Source: Orbicella franksi (lineage: Eukaryota). Taken from it: a stretch of 64,000 bases of DNA. The stretch lies in NCBI GenBank assembly GCA_964199315.1, contig OZ116703.1:992001-1056000 (forward strand). Reading direction: 5' to 3'. The stretch's first letter is position 1. Each line of letters starts with the position of its first letter. The notes beneath the pieces were generated by a model, which was given only the letters and a program-made list of their open reading frames with translations, was not told the DNA's origin and made no database searches. The translations under genes and the position numbers were made by a program. Shown one piece after another: positions 35,150 to 64,000 of this stretch.

Positions 35150-36694
35150 ATGCCTTGGAATCATTACACTGGCGACGAAATTCAGTGCAGAGGGAAAGAA
35201 GCACAGCTCAGAAATCGCACTCGTTCAAGAAGCAGTAGACGTGTTCCTTCATCACACCTCAGCAAATCTTGTGAAGGTAATCTATTTCATATTTATTACA
35301 GTTGAGTTCTAGGTTTTGTGATACCTTATCCCCATAAGTCCAGTGGCGTTTCAAGGGAATTTGCTGAAAGGTTCTGAAGGCCAGACGGGGTAAAAAATTC
35401 CCCCCCACCCCGCTGCCCTTTTCTATTACGAGCACTGAAATGGGCCCATTTTCAACTAGATCGTATTTTTCCGAGAGGTTTTCTAAGTTGGTTTGTATAC
35501 TATTGATATTAGGTCTTTCCACAAATATCACGTAAAATCGCCTAAATATCTATCCGGAAATTCTTTGAAAAGTTTTTTAAATATCACAAAAATGTTTCTA
35601 ACTACTATATCTCAAAAACCCTCTAAATACCTCTTATGTTGAATAAACCGATTTTGAATCACTTAGGTCAAAATTTCGAGATTTTCTTGCAGTAGTTGAA
35701 GGAATAGAGGGAGAAGATTCAGGCGTTTCGGTCATGGTTACCAGCATGCGTCATTTTGGAAAAAGAATATATATATATTTTTTGTGGAAAATCGCGGAAC
35801 TGGATTATTTGGCATAAAACTGAGTATTGTTTCAAGAAAATAGCGAGGAAAACACGGGGCTAAGCCCCCAAAAAACTATGAATATTTCTAAATTTTCTTA
35901 ATATCGTAATCAGTTTTCCAAATACACCAAAAATACCCGAATATTTGTGGAAAGTCCTAACTGATTTGTTGTGCTTTAATTTAACAGTCATCTTCAATGA
36001 AGAAAACTCGCCGGAGCAAGAGTCATCGAGAACACCGTGGGGTCTGTGCAAAATTTCTCGCTCAGGGTATTCATACAGTTGTACTGATGTCACCTTTCCT
36101 CTTGGTTTTACGAGCGACGAATGTCAAATGCTGGCCACTCGACAACGAGCTACGAACTACCTTTTTTACATGTACACTGACAGAGGACGTCCTGTGCAGT
36201 CGGTACAAAGATCGAAGAGTTCCAATTCTTCGTCCTGGCGAGTCAAAAGCCCTAGTGAACAAGACGCAATCAAAATGGCGCCAGCCTTTGGGAGAAAGCA
36301 AGATAGTTCGAGATTGTTGAAAAATAACTCCTCTTCTTCTCTGTCTAAGAGGAGAGAAAAGGGAGCTAAAATCACACCACCTCGGAGAGAAAGCTTGGCC
36401 CAAGAAACTGAGTTTTCTATTGACGATTCCCCAGCAAAGATAATGATCCGCAGTTTGAATAGAGACTTGTCGCCGTCCGCGCAATTAGAACGCTATTTAA
36501 TTAGCCTGCAACGGGCGGGTTTTTTAACGAGTGCAAATAAAGAAAAAAGGAAAAACTCTCAGATTGAGCTAGACAGAGAAATCACGGAAAACGCTCGAGA
36601 AGTTAGTTTAAGGTCGAAGTATTTACCTCATCCTCCGGTATATTTATTTGAAAGAGCAGTAAGAAATTCCCCTTTTAATAATAAACGAAGATAA
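35150..36694 (+). CDS. Two-exon orphan gene, ~277-aa Ser/Arg/Lys-rich protein
   Basis: Exon 1 35150-35276 (MPWNHYTGDEIQCRGKEAQLRNRTRSRSSRRVPSSHLSKSCE, gaag|gtaat, phase 1) joins acceptor ttaacag| at 35988 in phase with the 249-codon open frame ending at 36694. Confidence 0.6.
35511..35958 (-). mobile_element. MITE homologous, in opposite orientation, to the 30472-30922 element; fills the orphan gene's intron
   Basis: TIR aggtctttccacaaatat / atatttgtggaaagtcct; the reverse complement of 35690-35890 aligns by eye to 30560-30820. Confidence 0.65.
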
Positions 36695-37046
36695 AAATCT
36701 AGCGTGTGCTGCAATTTTACTATTCTCGTGACCTTCTTTCTTGCGATTCGTTCCTAGACAAACTAGTGCTAACCAATCAATGAAAATGTTGTCTTCTTGG
36801 CCAATCAGGTCCATGAATTTTCCCACGTTTGCAGACCAGCTGTCCTTCCATGGTTATATTTTTGTTAGACTTCTTATTGCAAAGGAACTCGTAAGGAGGG
36901 GAATTTTTAAAAATCGCCTGAGCCATTGAAAGACTTTATTTAGTGTCAATGGTATTAAGCTTAAAAAAAACAAACTAATTGGGACACTATTTAAAGAAAC
37001 AAATAATGTCCCCAATTAAATTTGCATACTAGCATTATAGTACTAC

Positions 37047-37211
37047 TATAGTTTAACCCCTATTAAACGGTCGCCCTCTGGGAAATGGATATATAGTGGC
37101 CGCTTTATAAAGGGGGCTGGCCGCCTAATAGAGGTACAACAATAGAAGAGCCATAATTGGGACTTTGATTACTGGGGTGGCTGTTTAATAAATAGGTGGG
37201 GTTCGATTGTA
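37047..37211. mobile_element. TA-flanked pogo-like MITE
   Basis: tatagtttaacccct ... ggggttcgattgta with tggccgc motifs. Confidence 0.5.
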
Positions 37212-38126
37212 ATTAGTTTTACCGGTTCAAAAGCCGTTGCGTAAGAACAAGAAAGTCATCAGAATCTGTGCAATAACTTAAAGAAATCCAAAAGACGAAA
37301 AGAAAAAAACAAAAACAAGGAAACATGTTTCGGATGTTCAGTATCAGTCATCAGCTACACACACAAGTAGGGTAGAGTAGACGAGTAGATATCTTGTGTA
37401 CTCATTTGTTATTCTTGCTCATGAAGTTCCCATTATATAAAACGCGTCGGGAAGCATAAGAAGGTAGCGGAAGGTTTCGGACCAAATCAAGTTCGCACCG
37501 TAAGTGTTCGCACCAGAAACTCGATTGGTGCGAAACTCAACAAATTTTCCAACGACGTAGCAGAAAACAATACCTCCCCTCCACCCACCGGTAAACTAAG
37601 AACGAACTTTTGCGCGGCTAAACCTGGGCTAAACGAAGAAATCCCAGGAGGGAAAGAGCTTTAGAATTATCATATTCTGACTAAACAAAAGTAGCTGAGC
37701 AACTTTTCATAGCAGGAGGGAGCCGCACGTTGGTAAATAATCTTCCCACCCCACAGCCACAGGTCAGTCACATGACAAACCAGTTGTAAAAATATCCGCG
37801 CGAGCGACCGGTCTTTGTGTCTTCTGGCTACTAGTAAGTTCAAGGTTTTTCACGGAGGTTTCTTTCCTCTTGGCTTTTGCTTGGACTTTTGAGTGGTGAA
37901 TCGAAACAGGTCTTTGATTGTCTACAAGAGAGGAAGGCAAGCACTGTCTGCTAAAATCCAAACACAGGTTGATATGGTTTGGCAGTCCGTGTAGGTCTTT
38001 CGTGTGCTGAAACCTTGAATCTTTTTGAACCGGCGAAGCTTCGCTCTTTGACAAGAAGTCTTTGAAGTAGCAGAAGTTTTGGCATTTCCTGAGTGCTTCG
38101 AGAACTTATTGATAAAAAGGAGCCCC

Positions 38127-41036
38127 ATGAAGAAAAATCAGTCCTTTGAAGAGAGAGCGGCCTTGCTTCGTTCAGAAGATCGGCGATATCGGTCGCTTGG
38201 TTCCGTTCACCAAAACAAATGCAAGGTCTACAAACGCCGATGGTACATTCTCACTATTTTCTCAATCGTTGCGGCGCTCAACAATTTAATCTGGAATACT
38301 TGGGGACCTATACAGGGTACTTCACAAGTTGTGTTTGGCTGGGACAACACCACTATTACACTGCTGGCTGATTGGGGCCCGATATCATTCGTTGTTGCCG
38401 TTGTTCCGATGTGCTGGTTGATGGATATGAAAGGTAAGCTTAAACGTTATGTCAATTAGATTAAGCTCATTGTGTTACTGATAGCAGACTTCTTATTCGT
38501 TTCAATGTAAGCTTAATTTCAAATGATAAAGATTAGACAGCGTTGGGTTTCGATGGATCCAATGAACAAACTGTGCGTGTAAAATTGCATAGTAGGAGTA
38601 GTTCTAAGTTACCGTAGTTCCCTCTAGAAATTCCAGCTTTGGTTCATACATTCCTTGAATAACTGGATCATGTACACTAAAGACATCCGCAGTCAAATGT
38701 GGATCAATACCCTTAATTGATACCCTTGATCAACCCTCTGTCGACCCTTGATGGACACTTGATTGATACTCCATCGACACTCCATCAAAACCTTATTTGA
38801 TATTCAATCAACACTTGATAGACATCTTGGTCAACAGTCAGTCGAGAACTGTGTAATTTTCAATCACTGCATATGAGATATCGATAGAGTGTCATTCCTG
38901 GGTCTATACTTGAGGGTATTGATTGATACTCGACGGTGGTTGCCTTTAGTACACATGATCCTGGAGACCTTGAATTTTCCAATAACCTTCCTTAGGGTGG
39001 GTATGGATATTTTCTGGAACCACACTGTCACAATTTCATACATTTCATCATATCCAGTTGACGTAGCAATGACCCTAGTAACAGAAGTTGGAGTTAAGTG
39101 TCAGCTCAGATAGGCTCCTTCGACTCACTGAACTGGAACAAGTGTGATCAGGAATATGGATCTAAGTCGATCATATTGACTCTTTTTCTGTGTTGATTTA
39201 TAGGCCTAAGAGTAGCTGTCCTAGTTGCCATTTTTTGTGAGTTTATTGGATCTGGCCTGCGCTGTATACCACTCAGTGATCAGCATGTGAACCTACAGAC
39301 TGCGCTTATCCATTGTGGACAGTTTATAACTGGAATTGGAGGTCCAATTGCCATGGCTGCAGCTCCAATGGTTTCTGCAGCGTGGTTCCCTCCTGAGCAG
39401 CGTACGACTGCGACTGCAATTTCTTCCCTGGCTTGTTACAGTGGGACAGCTTTGTCATTTGTAATTGGGCCACTTTTGGTTCCTGATGTGGAGGAATATT
39501 TCAAACAAAATGAGCTTAACGTTACCAGTAATGGGCAGATTTCTTATCTTGAGCTGAGAAATCATTTTAACCAGACAGAGATAGACTACTTCAAGCACAA
39601 AATAATGTACCTGATGTACATAGAGCTGGGAATCACCGCTCTTACAATGTTGTGTGTTATCATTCATTTTCCTGAGAAGCCCAAACTGCCACCAAGTGTC
39701 ACTGCTGCCATTGGACGTCTGGAATTCAAAGTTGGTGCCAAGAGCTTACTAAAGAATTCACAGTTTTGGCTGTTGGTGGTTATTTATGGAATAGGAACTG
39801 GAGTTTATGGTGGCTGGTGTTCAATTCTAGACCTGAACCTCTCACAGTTCGATATTGATCAGAAAACTGCTGGTTGGTTAGGGTTTGGTGCCGTTGTTGC
39901 TGGATCAGTCTCAGGAATTTCATTGTCAATGTAAGCACAAAGTTACACTTGTACTGTTAACTTAAACATACAGTTGAACCTGACTATCTAGAACATGTTA
40001 TCTTGAACTCCCTGTTATCTCAGACTCAAATAATTTCTCCTTTGAATCTGATTTTCTTTGTTCATTTACAATAAATTGGCTATGTTAAACTCCTGCCTTT
40101 TTGTACAATTTTTTCATCTTCCTAAATCAGGAAAGTGGGCTTCAGGTGTAGTTAACATACATCAATTCATTAATTGAGACACTCACTTGTTGTTCTGTCA
40201 TCTTTTATAAGCAAATTCCTTTAGGCTAACTAGTGTAAATCTCTCTTTATTGAAAACTTTTTAAATGGTGCACTTTTTAAACGGTACACCTGGGTGGAGA
40301 GAGGCACTGTGAGAGTAAAGTGTCTTGCCCAAGAACACGACGCAATGTGCCCGGCCAGGGGTTGGACATGTAGTGCTCAATCCTGAGATGAGCACACTAA
40401 CTATGGGGTCTCCGCACCTCCCATTAATGTATATGTAATGAAAAGTATTAATTTAAGATCATTGCTTTTTGTTTCAGATTTGCTGACCACTTCACTCGTT
40501 ACATGAAGCTGATTGTCATAGCACTCCTAACTGGTGCCACAGCATCGCTCTCAATTTTTACTCTGATATGTGCTGGTGTTATTCCGTACTCAAAACTTGT
40601 CCTCTTTATAACAAGCATCTTGGGAGGGTTGTTCGTGAATGGAACCATCCCACTATTCTTTGAATTAGCTGTGGAATCTACATACCCAGTCGCTGAAGGA
40701 ATCACCTCAGGATTCCTAACATTCTCCAATAATTTCTTGCAAATAGTTTTCTACATCTTCCCAATGCTGCCGCACTTTGGTCTAAAATGGATCAACTGGT
40801 GCACTTTTGTGACGACCGGTCTTTGCATTCCTCTCTTGATGCTGTGGAAGCAGAGGCGCTACCGCTCTGATGTTGATGCAAAAGACAGCTATGTTCCTGC
40901 CCCCCATAACAAAGAACTGAGCACTGAGGTCAATTATGGCAGTGGAAGTGTATCATCTAGTGTTAATGGTTTCCTACCAGGTTCTTCAGCACAGACACAT
41001 TCTTATGGCACAAGTAGTTATCCTTCAGTTGCATAA
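38127..41036 (+). CDS. SLC49A4: MFS transporter, SLC49A4/DIRC2-like paralog 2 (530 aa, 3 exons)
   Basis: Exons 38127-38433, 39204-39930, 40478-41036 (1593 nt, in frame); same intron positions and phases as paralog 1. Motifs EERAALL, VYKRRWYIL, WNTWGPI, SAAWFPPEQRTTATAI, FFELAVESTYPVAEG. Confidence 0.9.
38665..38961. mobile_element. MITE in intron 1 of MFS paralog 2
   Basis: TIR ggatcatgtacactaaagacatcc / gttgcctttagtacacatgatcc; internal ttgat/cgac repeats. Confidence 0.7.
40283..40422 (-). mobile_element. tRNA-derived SINE 5' part
   Basis: Reverse strand: tRNA-like head followed by gtgttcttgggcaagacactttactctcacagtgcctctctccacccaggtgtacc, a conserved SINE core block. Confidence 0.7.
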
Positions 41037-43699
41037 GATTACTTTAGTGTAGGCTGATTCTGATGGTTGTGGGTGTAACTTATGACAAATTTGTTGGGGC
41101 AAGATCAAACAGGGATAAGAGTTGACAAGCATGGAAATTGAAGACTTGAACAAGAGTTCTCTGCAGCTCTTTTTAACTGTCTTCTGCTTGTGGTAAAATG
41201 AGCTTAGAACATGCCATTCAGTGAGAATAACAACATGCCTGTTAAACAAGGAAAACCTTAAAATTATGAAAATTTGACCAAACACGTAACTGAGATAATC
41301 GAGTAACGACCAGTAATCAGGCAAGTCTGTTGACTCACATGATTTAATCTTTTTGTTTACCACTTTGGGTTGGGTTTGAAGAGTAACATAATAAATACTT
41401 GTAAACTAAATTCTTTAGTTTGAGCAAATGTGGTTGAAATAAGGAAAGATATTAATGTCTCAGAGGAAATGATAATCCCAATTTATCCATCAAAATAATT
41501 TGGTTCATACTTCAGCCCATATCAGAAAGATACAGGCATGTTTTTATTAAAAATCTCTACTTTGTAAAGGGTTACAGGTTAGAGATTTCATGAGGTACTG
41601 TCAAGTTTCAGAGCATCGTATATAGATACAGAAACCCAGTCATGATTTGATGCATGCCTTTCGTTCGTAAATGGCTTGAACTAAGGAGTATCAGTAGATT
41701 TTGTAGGAAATTTCTTTGATATGATATGACAAATCGTACAAGCAAATGAGTTAGTGAGGATGGAGAACAATTGGGAATATTAGCACACAGCCAAACATTT
41801 TGATGTTTAACTCCAAATTCTACGAAATTTTATTCTAGTATTACATATTTTGTTGCAACTTAACTTAATTCATTTCCTACTCTGAGAAATCTTTTATGAA
41901 ACTTGTCTTCCAACATACTTAAAACATCACAAGTTGCAAGAATATTTCACTATTTAACAGAGCCTTTTGTTTTTAAGATATTATTGATTGTGAGTTTATC
42001 ATGTAGTCTTACTGAATGTTCACGATATAGTTTTGTATTGCTCATCAATAATATATACAGGTAAAAGATTTTCATGGTTATTTATAACAATTAATATATT
42101 ATTTTACGGGACTTTTGGTGGTGATAAGTTTTTAAATTTACTTTAGAATGATATTATTAAATAGTCTGAAAATTTGACAGTGAGCAGTTACTGAGTAGAT
42201 CATCAAGTGGTGTTAAGCAGGAGTTAGAGGGCTTGTTATTATGGAACAACTTTCCATAAGGGCAAAAGCAAATCAAACAGCAAACAGTCTAATGTTTCTT
42301 TTAAACTTCTGCTTTTACCTTTTGAAGTCCACCCTTTCTTGCATTGGTCACACTTCTGGATGATCTAGGAAAGACTGCTCACTCAAGGCTGTCATTAATT
42401 TGCGAGTCACCCGTTGCCTTGGTCTTTACACCTATAACAAACTTGTTGTTTTGTGGGTGAATTATGTCCACAACAGGCATGTTCACCTGTAATGTCAAGG
42501 GCTCATCAAGGACACTCAACCGTAACACCTGTTACCATTAACAGCTTTTAATGACAGCCCTTACACTCAATATGACAACTAATAAGGGGCAATGTTGCTT
42601 CTGACCGCAGAGCTTGAAGGGTAGTATTCATGCTTTGTTATAAATTTGTTCAACGCGTACAGTTTTACCGGTACGTTGTTGATAAGAACACTCAAAAAGA
42701 GATTCAATTGACCAAATTTTAGGGGTTGGGTGGTGTTTAATTGGTCCTTCCAGGACTTAGGTTCGATTTCTGGAACTCTCTCAATTCCAGTCTTCTTTGG
42801 TCTTTGTGTTTAGGGAAGGGGCATGGGTTATCACGTCTATCCAGGGCTTAGCGTAGGACTCTTATTTTAAAGTAGCCATGTTATGAAGGCGTCAGCATAT
42901 GAACAGATGACACATTTCGCTTAAATTAATGAGAGGCAATGTAATAACAATTTCTTATTAAATTTGTTTTCTCCATATAACAATTAGGCTACATTTTAAA
43001 GCTAAAATGTGTATAAATTTACCAATATTTCCTTCTATCAAAAACCAACAACAACATGGTTTTCAGATATGGGCCACTGAGGGGATGGGTTATTATTGTT
43101 AATAATTTATGAAAAAAAAAATGTGTATTAAAATCTGAAGTCAAAAGGACTGTCTGCTGTTTTTGGATCTTTAAAGTTAATGCAATCATGTGGGTTTAAA
43201 CTGTCAATGGAAGGTTGACCAATGTTGTTTTATGGCATTTCTATATATTAAGGTGGCCAGTAATGGAAAGTGCTAGTTCATCAGACTTACTTTTGCAAGT
43301 AACAGAAATTTCCAGGGTAGGCTCTTGCAAAGAATTAAAATTTCAGATAAGCCCATGGATACCTCCTTAACTTGCCCCCCACCCCCACTCCCCAACATTT
43401 ATACATTAAGAAGATGTAGAGAAGCTGTGTGGAAAACATTTCTGGAAAGCAAATCTTGCATATAAGCAGTCAATTTTTCCAAGGTAATCAATCAGGCAAA
43501 CCAAGTCTTTTTTTTTTTGAACATTGAAGCCCGTGTCTGCAACATGCAATTCTTTTGCTTCTTTCTATTTTTGCTTGCCATTTTTCTACCATCCTGAATT
43601 CATCTAATTTTGCAAATCTTGGCTCCTCCTTAGGAAGTGGAGAAAATTGCCCTCCTTGCTAGTCACTAGTAATATTTTGGACGCTGACGATGTGAGACG

Positions 43700-43922
43700 T
43701 TTCGTGAGTCTTACACTCACGTTTATGAGGTCATCATTTCTGGAGCAAGGACCTGATTGGTGAGCGTTGATCACGTGCTCCCCCAGAGTCGGCCATTTCA
43801 AATGTTCGTTGAAAATTGCGGCGGAGGTAATCGTTGAAAATTGTATTTTCCAGCACATTTGCAAGAAAGTACAAGCTGCATTTGTACATAGATTAAGACG
43901 TCTGGAAAATATGCGATAAGCC
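43700..43922 (+). promoter_or_regulatory. Putative CKAP5 proximal promoter
   Basis: Inverted CCAAT (ATTGG 43756-60), E-box CACGTG 43772-77, CHR-like TTCAAA 43797-802. Confidence 0.4.

Positions 43923-64000
<20,078 letters not shown>

Noticed and set aside
37764-38054. 96-codon minus-strand ORF head-to-head with MFS paralog 2
   Set aside because: No ATG in frame, no recognisable motif or splice partner, and it overlaps the likely 5' UTR/promoter.
42310-42560. CYRCKDQG and CDQCKKG on minus resembling gag/ORF1 zinc knuckles
   Set aside because: Several in-frame stops between the motifs and the His/Cys ligands are missing; cannot be distinguished from chance.

Overview
Eukaryotic, AT-rich, intron-rich animal DNA. 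The MITE, SINE and LINE families resemble those I associate with stony corals (inference). There are no prokaryotic features, rRNA, intact tRNA or CRISPR. I assembled exon chains by hand from GT-AG sites and phase continuity. Left to right: (1) the first coding exon of a kinesin-8 (KIF18-like) gene leaving the window on the minus strand; (2) a PKC/AGC-like kinase with intact catalytic motifs but no visible C1/C2 domains or AGC tail, bracketed by a ~250 bp direct duplication; (3) a 19-exon minus-strand gene for an unrecognised 632-aa protein with a degenerate EF-hand pair; (4) a repeat-rich intergenic region with a MULE remnant; (5) two tandem 3-exon SLC49A4/DIRC2-like MFS transporter paralogs with a two-exon orphan gene between them; (6) CKAP5 (ch-TOG/XMAP215), 38 exons seen, running off the right end. 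The most notable non-coding signals are a complete type I hammerhead ribozyme (20275-20319) inside a 210-nt fold-back, retrozyme-like unit, and an unrecognised tandemly duplicated three-way-junction motif with two cUUCGg-type hairpins (9157-9347).
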